In this document: positions 33,984 to 46,982 of the stretch, piece by piece
Position numbering within the stretch: the first letter of the stretch is position 1
Layout of the letters: the number at the start of each line of letters is the position of its first letter
Assembly (NCBI GenBank): GCA_907165135.1
Contig: OU015566.1
Span: 2,666,001 to 2,730,000 of the forward strand
Direction of reading: 5' to 3'
DNA from: Oikopleura dioica
Taxonomy: Eukaryota > Animalia > Chordata
Length of the DNA stretch: 64,000 nt
Notes under the pieces: model-generated
Seen by the model: the letters and a program-made list of their open reading frames with translations, nothing else
Database searches by the model: none
Told to the model about the DNA's origin: nothing
Made by a program: the position numbers and the translations under genes

Positions 33984-36900
33984 TCAAAGAGAAAAAGCAG
34001 CTAAGAGCCCCTGGAATCCAGCATTATAGTCGATTGCCACCTCATTCGCGACATAATCCGATCGATCATTGACGAAAACATCAGTCAGTGTTCTTGGGCC
34101 TCCACAGAGAGCTCCATAGAGAGTCCAGTGATTTGGACCGGAAGAGTGGAAGTTATTCCAGCCACAAGCATTGGGGTAAGGAGGACAGCTTGAAGCGGTA
34201 TGGTGGGGTGAGTGGGGCGATTTCGGACCATGACCGACGACGAGAGAGGCTTGGATTCCGTCGATCACCGGATGTCCGTTTGGTCCGTTTCCAAGAACGT
34301 AATCAAGCTGGCTCTTTGCGAAGGTTCCGTATTGAGCAGAAAGACCAAGATCGGAAGCCACCTGAAAGAATTAACAAAATTGGCATCATGGAAGACTCAC
34401 CTTGAGAATGAAGCCTGCATTGCACGCATGTCTCGCAGATCCCCATTCTTGAATATGCACAAGACCTCCTGGAGTTGAGGGTCTGTTTTGTAGGGCATTG
34501 TAGAATTGTTGGATCTTGGCTGAATAAGTGCTTGCATCAGAATCGCCAGCAAGAGTCAGGACATCGTACATCATGACATTTGCGCCCTCTCCCTTGTTGT
34601 CCCATGAAAATTCACTTGCCGAACCTGGATTGAAGGAAGAAAAGAGAGATTTTGCCTGCGCAACGTCGGAGTTAAATGATGCACTATCGACAACGTAGCT
34701 CGCTCGGGCAATGGAAGCTCCAGCAAAAACGATTTCATCGTTGTATCCAGACCAGGAATCGTAAAATGGAGAGGCGCCGACAATGTTTTCGGAGTATTTG
34801 CCAAGATTGGTTGTTGCAAAATCAAGCAGCTCACGCGCCCTGCTGAGGAGATCCGCTGCATAAGCAGGATCAGAGTCGTAGAAAACTAGCGCAGCAGTGG
34901 AGAAAAGTGATGAAACTCCAGCGGCAAGGTCTGATCCAGGGTTTGAAGGGGTGATCTTCACAGCTGGTCGAACCATGTTCATTTCTTCAGGGCGATCCCA
35001 GAAAGCGTGGTCGAGATTGCCATCACCGACTTGAGCGTACAACTCGTTGGGCGCGATATGGCATCGGACAAAATAATCGACTCCCCATTTGAACACTCGG
35101 AGGGCATTTTCATACTCACCGGCGGCTTCATATCCGGCTTTGTATTGATGAAGACCCCATCCGAGAGTTTGCATGGCCATTGAAGCTGGGAAATGAAATT
35201 TGACGAAATCACCAGCGTCGTAAAATCCACCAGTAAGATCGACTCCGACATCGCAACCATCAGTGATAGTGGCGTCTCCTCGCCAAGGGACGCGATGCCA
35301 GGCGGGCAAGGGACCTGCCATTTGGGCTTCGTAGAAGAGGATGCTCTTCTCAAGAGCACCTTGATAGTCAAGCCAGCTTGTAGAGCCAACGGAAGTCTGA
35401 GCAGGACTTGGAGGAAGAACTCCCTGAGGGCCGTTGCAGTCTTGTGGACCAGTTGTGGTGGTGGTCGTTGTTGTTGTCGTTGGTGGACCTGTGTAAGGCG
35501 TTGTGGTGGTCGTTGTCGTTGTTGTAGTTGTTGTTGGCCCTTGGGTGGTAGTCGTCGTTGGTGGGAAGTTTCCATCAGGATAGACGCCGTCTGGCAGACA
35601 GACCTTTAGGCTGTTTGGTAGGAGTGCAGTTAGTGACGCCTCTGTTACGTAAGAAGAAGCAACTTGACCCTCGAAGACGAATTCGATCGGGTTGACGTTC
35701 CACTTGTTGTCGAAAAGCATATCCCAATTCAGCGCTTCTGACGCAGTTACAGGGTCTTTTATAGAGTTTCATTTAGGATCATTCGAAAATAAAAACTTGC
35801 GGTAAAACTCAGTCCTGGATTGTTTACGGTATTACCCCATGTTTCGATCGAATTCACGGGCCATTTGAAATTGACCTTCACCAAAAAGGTATCTGTCATG
35901 CCAGTAAGCGGGATATTCGGACGGGCTTGGAAGTGATAGTTTCCTGAGTTTTCCCAGAAATTCGTGATTTCCATCGAATATTGCTCCGAGGACAAAGAGA
36001 AACAGTTAAGATCGCCAGAAGTACTCGTTGTTGTAGTTGTTGATGGACCAGGGGTCGTTGTTGTCGTCGTAGTTGGACCAGCTGGTGTAGTGGTTTTTGT
36101 TGTCGATGTTGATGTTGGACCTGTCGTAGTCGTGGTTGAAGTTTGTGTTGTAGTTGTGGTCGTCGTAACCTATGAAAGGATATACTAAGTAAAAGAATAG
36201 CTACAAATTCTGCTGCCAAATCCTTTCCTGACTGGTGATATCGAGAATCCAGGGGACGATCGAAGACACTTTTGTGAACACTGATGGTCGATTTGGCCCG
36301 ACACATCCTAAAAATGATAAAGAAAAATCGCTGATCGATGATTCACCTGAAGTTCCCCAAGATAAAAGACCGGAGAGAACGGGTTTGCCGCCCATATCGC
36401 AAACAAGAGGGCTTCCAACATCACCATTGCAGATGTCCTTTGTTCCGTCAAACATTGAATCAGGAACACCAGCGCAGAACTCTGAGTTCTCATTTATATT
36501 TCCATACCCGAGCCCGGCGCAGTAGTTATTCGGAAAGTAGTTGACCGGAGAAGCATGAAGATTTTGAAGATTCTCAGATGCGGCTCTTATCGATCCCCAG
36601 CCGGAAACGTAGCACATAGCACCATCTTCCGGCATATCATTTGAGATGCAAGCTGGTTCGTAGACTGATTGACCCGATGTAGTGATTTTTCCAATATTGA
36701 TCAAGCAAGCATCATTTCCAGTCCACTCGCCAAATTTGAGGTAATCGTCATGGATGAAAATGTTGCTGCTGGTTATCGTGATTTCGCCGGCATCGTAGTT
36801 TTGAAGGTTGAAATCTCCAACTTTTGCGATGATCGTGTTCCTGTTATCACAGCATTGGGCAGAAGTGAGGACCCAATCAGGAGAATCAGCATTGTTTTTG

Positions 36901-37940
36901 CTGATAAGAGCACCTGAGCAGATGAATTCTCCGGTTGGGTCGAAGAGGGGTACTTGCCATCGATAGGTCTCTCTAGAAATAAGTCATCAAAAGTGATCTT
37001 TGTTGAAGTTTACCTAGGAGCTTCAGATCCTCCAAAAATCTTGGGCCCAGGTCTTCCCTTGACGGATCCATAGCCAGCGGGGTCTAGGGGATTGTGACAC
37101 GTCATCTGATTAGGCAAATGCGCTCCATTATCCTCCCACGTAGGGGGCGCGACGGGGGCATTCGTCGTTGTCGTCGTGAATGTTGTTGTCGTGGTCGATG
37201 TCGTTGTAGTTGTTGGCTGAGGAGCTTCATCCCAATCCGGCGTTTGAAGATATCGCTGATAAAGATAGCATTTTGAGTAGTCCGCTTCTTCGAAACCAAA
37301 ATCATCGTCAGCCATTGTGGCGATTCCCACATTCGAAAAACACTGGTAGTAGTCATCATGCACTACATTTGAATTTGGCGGATCAAGTGGATCGAAATCG
37401 GGGTCAACTCCGCTCATAGTGAAAAAGAATCGATCTTTTCCTTTTGTTAGGAAATCGCCTTCGAGGAATCGTGATCGTCGGAATTGAACAACTGCAGCTT
37501 CCTTGGTTTTGGATCCGTCGGCGGGGAGCTCGTAGTACTGTGCTTCGGTGAAGTAGTTATCATCGGTACGATCCCAGACATTGATGGTGATGGTTCCGTC
37601 GCCGATTGCACGGAGGATCGGCCGTTTACAGTAAGTTCTGTCGAATCTAAAGAGAAAGGAAAGAGGTAAAAAGAAGAGTCAAGAAAAACCTGAGCATGCC
37701 AACATATCCATCCTCTTTGTTCAAATACGGCAAGCCCCATTTCAATGCAACCATCTGCGCCGTGAAAGAAAATTCACTCTTCCCCATGTCTTTGTACATG
37801 ACATTATCTCCCCGCCCGAGCCAATCAAACGAACACGAATTTTTGCAAAGCATCGTCGACTCTGGTTTTGTTCCATCTTCGTAGCAAGAGCCCTTGTTCC
37901 AAGCCCTTGCGGATGCGAGAACGCAGCCTAATATCTTCAT
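33984..37940 (-). CDS. Secreted multidomain protein: N-terminal unknown domain, Thr linker, catalytically dead trypsin-like domain, Thr linker, CBM2-like module, Thr linker, GH9 endoglucanase
   Basis: Signal MKILGCVLASARA; trypsin motifs LTSAQCC / NDACLI / GDVGSP; Trp-rich MEITNFWENSG...IETWG; GH9 DLTGGFYDAGDFVKF, HHTASSC, NEVAIDYNAGF. Fusion depends on GA-AG introns 36170-36227 and 35756-35814. Confidence 0.75.
35756..35814 (-). other. GA-AG intron with terminal stem GAGTTT/AAACTC
   Basis: Phase-1 removal joins TVNNP to DPVTASEALNWDMLF (frame of ORF 34386-35720); acceptor TATAAAAG 8 nt after the stem. Confidence 0.7.
36170..36227 (-). other. GA-AG intron whose first 8 nt (GAAAGGAT) pair with ATCCTTTC just before ATAG
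   Basis: Phase-0 removal deletes the stop at 36201 and joins ILDITSQ to VTTTTT. Confidence 0.65.
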
Positions 37941-38184
37941 TTCTCTCTTTTTTCTCTGACTTCTGCAATAATCGAAAGAAAACTCACTTATCAAGCTTGA
38001 TATTTCTCGGCCAAAGCGTCGGACATGCGATATCAAGTCGGAGATGAAATTGATTTGCGGTATATTTTGATGAAAAATCAAAATCTATTTTTAGTTGGAA
38101 CATCAGAGTTATGAAAAAGGGGAAAAAACTAATTGAGAACAAGCTTTTATATTTACAGAAATATACAAAATTTCAATTTCAACT

Positions 38185-39584
38185 TTATATAAAATGCAGA
38201 TTTTCTCTTTCCTTCAGCCTCGTCGACCTATTATCGAACCACTGAAGCCATCTTTTCGGATGAGTCACTCTCCTCCGCGAAGTCTGCCGACAAAGTTGAT
38301 CTTGTCGAGAAATGATCGCCGTCAAAATCGACATGATTTTGGTCGATGTTGTCGCGGAATTGATCTGATTCAAGAAAAGTGGCGGAATGTCGCTGTTTTC
38401 AAGCGAGCTTCCTTGTGGGAGATAACAAGGACGAAGTTTTGATTTTCGATCTTGATCGGCAAAAACATGGGTGATCAGCTTGTTGAATTTTTCGATGATA
38501 CGGCTTAATACAGGTTGAGATCTTAATTTTTTTCTCTTCAACCTTTGAAGACTTTGATTTCCTCCAACTTGCTCTCTTCTTTTGATAAGCAATTCATATC
38601 TTCTCTTCACTGTTTCGATAAAACCGACCTTAACCCTTTGCTTTTTCTTCTTTTTCCGACTCTGTCTCTTTTTCCTTGTCGTTGTGGTTGTAGTTGTCGT
38701 TGTTGTTTTTATTTGCGATCTCCATTCAAGGTCGAAGCCATAGTGCTTCCCGGAATAGCCTTCGAAATAGACCCCTAAGTTGCCCGAATCGACATTTGTC
38801 CAATTCATGAATTCATTATCCGCTATTCGACGGTTCGAATATTTTCTAAAAATTCAAAAAAAAAAAATTTTCTGCGAAAAAAAATTCGAATTTGGGGACA
38901 TTTTTCTTAGGGAACCGTTTCTTGGCAAATCCAGCCAAGTTCTTTGTGTCCATCATAGAGCTGAATATTATCAAACAAGCAATTTTGAGTTACCTTGAGT
39001 TCCATCTTTTTGATCCGAAACTCGATCGGTTCTGGAGATGTGACAGTGTACATACATCCGAATCCAGCGGCGTAAGGGTGCTCTGATGAGATTTCACCGG
39101 AGGTACTTTAGAGGGTTAAACGCGTTAAACTGATCAGATGGCCGTTAGATTTTGTTTGGTCAATAAGAAAATTGCGTAAATGAAAAATTTGATTGATAAA
39201 AAATTATCCACCCAAGCGATTTTCCAAAAACGTTTTCAAATTTATTTGAAAAGCAAACATCAATATTTCTAACAAAAAAAAAGTTTTTTCATAAGTTTGT
39301 CGAAAAAATTATTTTAAAGTTCAACCTATCCTATCCCAATTACCACAATGCTGCATTGGGAGAACATCCGGTGCACTTTCGGCAGAATTATCAACTTGTT
39401 CGAATTGAATTCGTTTTATTTGCACTCAACACTGTCAAAAAATACCTTTATTAGCCAGGTCATAGATTTCCTGAAGAATTCGATCCGTTCCTGTATCTTT
39501 TGCCGCTGTCGACCCAGAACTAAAAGAGGGAATCGCTGCTGACACCCTTAGCAGTCCAAAAAGACAGAACCAATCGACTCTCAT
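38185..39584 (-). CDS. Secreted single-CUB protein with Thr linker, RKKR site and C-terminal helical domain
   Basis: Signal MRVDWFCLFGLLRVSA; exons read MQHCG, CTVTSPEPIEFRIKKMEL..NCLFDNIQLYDG..GWIC, VYFEGYSGKHYGFDLEW; ORF 38185-38808. Confidence 0.65.
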
Positions 39585-40429
39585 CGACTTCTTTTTCTGC
39601 TTCTCTTGTTAGAAAATCACTTTTGCTTCTTCAGAAATTTTGAATAAGCGACAAAAAATTGCAAAATTTTATTCCGAACACGTTTACTTTTTCGAGCGTA
39701 AACTTTCATGATAACGGTACAGCGCCACCAGCGCAAATCCGCGGGTACCAGCGCGCGCGGTTCAGTATTTCTGGTTTTCTAGAATTTGTCTGATGACCTT
39801 TTGGCTGGAAAAGAATGAGGTTATTCGAAGCAATATTTGATTGAGTAAACTTAAGGGTATCTCAAAGAATTGCTCATGGGAAGCAACAGTTGCTCATATT
39901 TGACCTCCAGCGCCAAATCAAAAAGACAAATCTTTTATCTAAAAAAATGAGAGCAGTAGGCTTGCTCCCCTTGCTAAATGCCTTTACAATCGAGCATGGA
40001 AGTTCGAAAGGCGAATTTACAATAAGAGGTAGTAAAGAGCACACACGGCATGTCTAAATTCGGGGAACTCTTCAAAAGTGAATATTTCAAAAAGAGTCCT
40101 AAAATAGTTGCCCGGAAATCCACAGAAGCCTCATAAATATTCATTTTTAAAGACGTAGAGATGGTTTTATATTAACAATCGCGTGCACTTTTTGGCCGAA
40201 ATCGGGTGGGAAAATCGATCAAAAAGGAAAATTATGTATTTTTTTCAAAAATTTTTCGTTGAAAAGATACAGCGAAAACGGCATCTGAATTTTTCCACAC
40301 GTTTCGGAACGTATACCTGTTTTCTCCACGTAAAAACAAATAGTTGCCAAAACAAGGCCCCTTGTTTAGAGGAGAAAACAGCTTTGCTGGCCTCAAAACT
40401 GGTTTTGCATAATTTTCTGTTTAGGGGGC

Positions 40430-43400
40430 GATGCGGCCTTTGACTCCATCGGCGGTTTTCTTTGGGCTGATGGACGCCAGGTGAGTTCTTTTTTATCATC
40501 TGTCTGAGCTTGAAGACGCTTTTTGACTCAAAAATTGATATTGACGGAAGTCCATTTTTTTCAGTTTCACCTTGGAGATGGATCACTCGAAGTGTACGCA
40601 GAAGATACGGTATCCGGAAGGTTCGTTCGTTTACAATTAAATAATTATCACAGACCCCAAATCCGCCTCTCCAACGTGAATTTTGCTCTCCCGAAATAAG
40701 GATAATAACTTTTCGAAAAGCTTGTTTTTTAAATCTTTCTTCAAATTAAGGGATGAATTCGGCGACTATGAACTTTTACGATGGCGAGCAAAGGCGGAAA
40801 ATGAGGAAGAGGAAATTTTGGTCGAATTTTTCATCAGAAATTATGAAAAAAGAGACATCATCGTTTTTGAACAACATTTTATGTAAGTTGGCGAAATTCG
40901 AGCGCGAAAAAACGCGCTGATCCGTCTAAAAACGTGATTTTTTTATCGGGCGAATTCAATAGCTCCGGACACGATAGCCAAGCTGTTAGCGAAGAAGACG
41001 GGATGGATACGATTTGCACCGCTTTTCCGATGATTCGCGTGCCTAAGCTTTGGTTCAGCAAAATTGATTTTTGAGCCGGATTTTCACGATGATGTTGAAC
41101 TTGAAGGTTAGGAAGATGAAGGATTTGGATATATAACGCCGGGAGGAAATATGATGGGAAAGGCTTAAATTTCGTGCTTTTTTTCGAATTGAAGAAAATA
41201 ATGCTAATCCCGGTTAATAAAGGTGCAACACGTATCTCGTTTGGGCCGTGGCATGATCTTCCAGAAACGCTCTCCGAAAACGGTGCGGCTTACGGTTAGA
41301 TTATCCGCCTCACACTTTCTCTTAGAAGCGACCTTCATGGACGGACGTGAAGGTGGATTTGCGACCATTTTTACGAAAGATTTCTCGACTGTTTGGACTT
41401 CTCTATCCGAGCCGATGTCTCAATACATCCAGATTCTCACCGATCCAATCACGAATCAACAAACAATGTCTTTCGGAACCATGGGAGGTGTTAAACACAT
41501 TCCAGCTGGCCACATCACTAGAACCGTCCTGGTCGGAGGCGATGGAATCAAAGAAGGAATCGAAAACTGGGGCGAGTTTTTCAGAAAATTTCACGAAAAA
41601 AGTTCGGCAAAAAGAGACGCGTTCCTCGAAATGCGATACTTGGGATATTATACAGACGCCGGAGCTTATTATTATTATAACACGGAGCCAGGGCTGAATT
41701 ATGAAGAAACTTTTGATTATATACGGTAAGAAGGGAGGAGTTTCGAAGGAAATCATTAATCCCCAATCTTCCGCCACACTTTTTCTTTTAGAAAATACGC
41801 CGATGAAACCAGTTTTCCGATCCGATTCGCTCAGTATGACTCTTGGTTCTACCCCCATGGCGAGGGAAATGGATTGCTAGAATGGGAAATTCGAACTGAC
41901 GATGGATACTTTCCGAGTAAAAACTTGAAGTACTGTATGGAATGTTATGTTCTTTAGACGGCGGCGAGGCAGCATATGCAAATCACAATGTCCCAATAGT
42001 GGCCCACAACCGGTGGTTTGGACCGGACGCGGTTTATGCCAAAGAAAACGGGGGCGATTACGATTGGGTTCTTGAAGACAATAGAAAACGTGATAAAATG
42101 CAAGATTTTCCATTTTATTTATGTTATTCAAATCACGGAAAAAGAGTCGATCTTCCAATAGGCCCACCAGGCTCTGGAGTAGGACCATATTCATTTCCCA
42201 GTAAAACGAATCAGAAAGGAATAAATTTTTGATCTGTTTAGACGACACGAGTTTTTGGCCGGATTTTCTGGCTAATCGGCGCCAATGGGGGCTCAAAACG
42301 TACGAGCAAGATTGGATGGACGTTCAAATAAATAGAATGAATGCGACTCAACAAGACCTTGCTCTCGGAAGGTAAAGACTCCCTCTTCTTCGATGAGTCA
42401 TTGTGACTCATAATTTATAAGTCATAATTTATGAGTTATATTTTATGAGTCATAATTCATGACTTATAAAATATAAGTTATATATTATATAACCCATAAA
42501 TTATGAGTCATATTTTATGAATCATAATTCATGAGTCATAATTTATGACTCGTCATGATATGAGTCTGTAAGACGATAACTACGCTTCAATTTACTTTTG
42601 AATAACAATTTTCAGAGATAACTGGCGGCAAATGGACTGGGCTGCTGAGCTGAAATACCTGGATATACAATACTGTCTTACTCTTCCACGTTTCGTCCTG
42701 TTTTCAACTGAACTTGACAACGTCTCCCACGCTCGTGGCTCGCCAGATTATGCTTACAACTTCCTCCAGTGGAATATCGGCTTTCAGTCGCTCTGGGGAG
42801 AGGCTGCCGGTCTCGCTGTTTTAAAAGTATTGAGAAAAACGGGACGAAAAAAATCGGGATGAGAATATTTTCAGGACACGTTCCACTCGGTTCATGTCCA
42901 GCCGGAAGTAGAGGCGGATGGAGATGTTCCAGGCGACATTTTCAATGAACATTTTCCGGATTTACATGCTGCTGTTTCCACTTTTTCCTCCGGTTAGTTC
43001 GAAGACCGTCTTAGAGGGAGAAAAAAGCGTTGAGGATTATTTCAGCTTATGAAGAGATAAAGTAACTGATAAGAATCTAGGGCGTTATGTTTTTTTTCAG
43101 GCCCGGTTGTTCCTGGAGATCGAATCGGCTTCGAGGAAAGGGGTTCTTAATCCTTTTTAAAAATCATAATTTTCACCATAAAATCATGGCCACCCTCGGC
43201 AAGGATCGTCTTCTCATCGACAAAAGCATCAACTCCGACGGCCTCATCCTCCGCCTCGGCAACTCCATGAAACCTATCAACTCCGAAATGCAGCGAAAAG
43301 CGCGAAATGACTGGGACGGCCCAGCCAGCCAAGAGCCAGGAGAAAATCTCCACATCTTCGGAAACCGATTCGGCGCTCAAATTTGGTCGGCAAAGTCGAC

Positions 43401-44272
43401 ATTCGGGAAATTTGAAGGATCAGCTGTTTTGTACGCGAGTTTGCTGGAGGAGTATGAAACGAATGCCGAAGATTTGGAAATGGACTCTGAAAGGAACGGG
43501 CTAAAATTAAAGGGGATACAAGGAAGGAAATTCAGGACAATTTATATTTGAGATAAACACAGTGCCGCCCTGTTTTTTTCTTCTTTACAAAATAGTTTTA
43601 AAAAGAAGAATTTCTTTCTTTTTTGCTGCAAATGCGACATAATCCGTTATAAAAAGTTTAATTTTGAGCTAACAACTCCCGTTTGAATAAAAAAAAATTG
43701 AAAAATCATTTGAGTCAAAATTTCATTTTTTTTTTCAATTTTTTTGAGTCAAATCTCAATTTTAGCCTTCAAAAAGCTATATTTTCGAAGGATATCCCGA
43801 ACAAAATTTAGAAGTTCGTCTATCCGCCGCATCAATCAAATTGCCAGGGACGGGGATAAAAGCTCACTTTTGAAAATACATCTGTTCGATTTGCATGAAA
43901 TTCGTTATCGCGCACGTGTTGCGCTCAATCCCTGCTCAAGTGGCGAACCGGTGGGGATTGTTGTATTCGGCGCCGATTAAATGCTTTGAAAATGGAAAGA
44001 AGCTTGTCATTTTTGGGGAGATGGGCAAATGGAGTTATCTCAGTCCGCAAGTCAGGAAGTCTTTTTTGTTTTCCTAGGTATAATTCTATTTCTAGAGAAT
44101 CAAGCAAATAAACGATTATGGGAGCTTCTTGACGATAGAACTTTTCGGTGCGATTGGAGAGGAAATTGAGTTTACAACTGGACGATTTTCTGAAAATGAA
44201 GAAATTCAAATTGAAGTTCAGTCGATCAAATTCGATCGCTCTCAAAAGAAAATGCTCTATTTTTACGAATAA
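40430..44272 (+). CDS. Uncharacterised glycoside-hydrolase-like (probable TIM-barrel) protein; start unresolved
   Basis: Exons read GYYTDAGAYYYY, AQYDSWFY, VAHNRWFG, FWPDFLANRRQWGLKTYEQDWM, IQYCLTLPR, ARGSPDY, QWNIG, DTF, GPVVPGDRIG, DGLILR, LVIFGEMGKWSYLSPQR. I recognise this motif string from a conserved unnamed family; the GH function is inference. Confidence 0.65.
42393..42566. repeat. Intronic ~14-bp minisatellite ATGAGTCATAATTT, partly palindromic
   Basis: About 10 degenerate units in both orientations; several contain TGAGTCA/TGACTCA. Confidence 0.8.
43136..43203 (+). other. Predicted GA-AG intron with short stem GGGGT/ACCCT
   Basis: Removal gives GDRIGFE-DRLLIDKSINSDGLIL with family-like spacing. 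The intron also reads through in frame, so it is not forced. Confidence 0.45.
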
Positions 44273-44388
44273 ATAGCGAAAATACGGCAAAACGGCTTTT
44301 TATTGGCTCTGAGGAAATTTTGAACCCTCTGATTAGCCGAAATTTCTTCCCATTTTTGGCTTGAATCTTGAATTTGTACATTTTATTT

Positions 44389-45960
44389 CAATATTTGAGG
44401 CAGTTAAAAGCTCTCGCTGGAATTTCCTAGACTTTCTGTGATTGTTTTGGGTGGCTCGTCGGATGATCTTGGCGAGCTTGAGAAAATTGCCGCTCTTCCA
44501 GTGTAGTGACTTTGTTCGAAAACCGCATTGAAATTCCAGAAATACCCGGCGACCAGTCCAAAAATTGCAATCAAGGAAGAGATAATGAGGTGAACTATTA
44601 GGGCTTTATCTAGAAAAAGGGATTAGCTACTATTGCAAAATTACAGGAGAAAAATACCTATGGTTCGAAGACAATTGCTAGTAAACGGCGTTTGTATCAA
44701 ATAAGTCTCGTTTCTTGGTTGAATCAAGTCGTCATAAAAATCCACCTTTTTCTCGAGACAGTTCATAATGTAGCTTGGATCATCGGGGAAGGTCAACACC
44801 GCGAAAATACGGACGGCGTGAACCACGAGGATTGAGAAAATAATCAAAACCATAAAAAAGAGGCGAAGATGCTCGTTAATCGTATCCACGAGTTTCCAGT
44901 AAGGAATCACGTGACGCAGGAAGCGGATGAAGGAAATCAGGGCGAAGACGACCATGATGACGCTTTTTACTAAAAAGCGATTGACACCCTTATTAATCAC
45001 CATTTTCTCATACCTGTAACGAGCCAGCTATCTTCTCCGACAAATTTATCAACATAAAAATATTGGGCAAAGCTCTCAGCTGCATCTTCAAGCAAAAAGC
45101 TCAAAATATCTCGCCAATATTTCAGTTTTTCGTAGACGTTTTCGTCTTGCAAATTGCCTTCGTCATCTTGAGCGCTGGAAATTCTAGCGTTGACGACATT
45201 TGGGCGAAGTGGATTGATTGTTTGGCGAATTATTGGGACGTTCGGTCGAACCTGAACTCAGGGAGATACCCTTAAGAAGAGGGGTTGTTGAGCCCTACCT
45301 GTCTGACAGCAATGACACCAAGAGCGAAAGCTTTGACATTTGCTGTTATCAAAAAGGTGAACATAACAGGAAAGATCTTCCAATCTTTAAAAGCATCAAA
45401 ACCTTTCTGCTTCCCCCAATAGTCAAAAAAACATGTGATGCTTTCCTAAGTGAATCCGATTGTCAAACATCTTAGACAACGCGAGATCGTTAAAATATTT
45501 CGTGTCAAAGAAAATGTCGAAGAAATCCGCCATCAGAACCGGAATGACTGTGAAGAAAATGACGATTCCAACGATCCAGCGGGGCAGACATCGTAATTTG
45601 TTGAATAAACAGTTTTTTGAATAGGGCCATTCTGGATTTTGTCGTTTCACCTTGTTTTAAAATACATCAATTAAAGCGAATGACATTTTTAATTTTTATT
45701 TATGAGTTCAAAAACGTATAGAAAGGCCGACTTAGAGTCAGTATTTATAACCTTGTTAAACTTAATCCAAGCCGGCTGGCCATAAAACGCGAAATCAAGG
45801 AAGAAAATGTCTGGTTAGGACATGAGATTTTCATTAGTAATAAATTCTTAACACGTAATTACGCAAATAAGTGATTACCTTGACCCAGCTGCGGTAGATA
45901 TTGATGATAGAAACTGTGGATATGAGGGTTGTGATGACGAAATTTACCCAAAGGACGACG
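44389..45960 (-). CDS. Multi-pass membrane protein of unknown family
   Basis: Several hydrophobic exon segments (WIVGIVIFFTVIPVLM, IFPVMFTFLITANV, VIMVVFALISFI, LFFMVLIIFSILVVHAV, LIISSLIAIFGLVAGYFW); exon structure not fully resolved. Confidence 0.4.
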
Positions 45961-46982
45961 CGGAAAATCTTTTTTTAGGCTCACATTTTTTTCTGTAAAT
46001 AAATTCTCAATGTTTCAACATTAGGAATCCTAACCCTAACTCTAACATAAAATGATGTAGGCAAAGTCAATCGAAAGAAAATAAATAAGAAAAATATAAT
46101 TTTGCAATACACAGTTTTATGGGATTTCTGGCGACCAGAATTGTCAATTTTTGGTCGACCATTTCGGCAAAAATTTTGAGAAAATTTTGAATCAATTTAG
46201 AAAGATGATAGAGAACCTTTCCTGAACATAATTCGGTGGCTCAAAAACTTTGCATTGATTCTGGCAAAGTTCATCAATCTTTTCTTTTATCAAACTCATA
46301 TTTTTAGCTTCTCTTCTTTTCTCTTCTCATTTTCAAGCGTCTTTTTTCCTCTCTTTCTCTTTCTTGCCTTTCAAAAGAAAAAAAAGAATGCGCTCTAGAA
46401 AGACTCTAGCATTCTCGTTTTTTTTTTATTTATGAAAGATTTGAAGATCTGGCAAGTGTATGTTTTATAACGTGCTAGATGGTCCTGCCGTTCGTAAAAA
46501 GGTATTCGAGGTATTCTGCGGGGCTCGATCGCGAGGGGTGCTCGTAAATCCTGCTGCCAATTTTTTCCTCTACTGATTCGAAATATCTATCTGGTAATCA
46601 CCTCCTTTCAGACTTGGCCTAATCAACGGGGCAATCCATTTTTAGATCTTCTTTCTCTCTGAAGACGAAATTTATTGTTCTTGCCTCTTTCATTTAATTT
46701 TTTTAATTAAATTAATAAGAAACCCTTACTTTTTAATTAACCGTTTAAAATTTGATTCTAGGGAATATTATTTCGAAAATTGCGATAATCGCGTGGGCCC
46801 CGAAATTCGGGCGAAGCCTATTCAGCTTTTTCAGCAGTCGAGGAGTTCAGAGTAACTAATCCTGCTCCAGGCGAAAGAAACTCAGAGTTTCAGACTTAAA
46901 TGAGGGGCCCCCGCATCTCATCCCTTCATATCTCAGAACGAAAAGTTCCACAAGAGATAGAAATTTTGAAAAAAGAGAAGCG

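Noticed and set aside
33984-35720. GH9 as bacterial contamination or recent horizontal transfer
   Set aside because: It contains spliceosomal-type introns and sits among host genes; GH9 is an ancient animal gene family.
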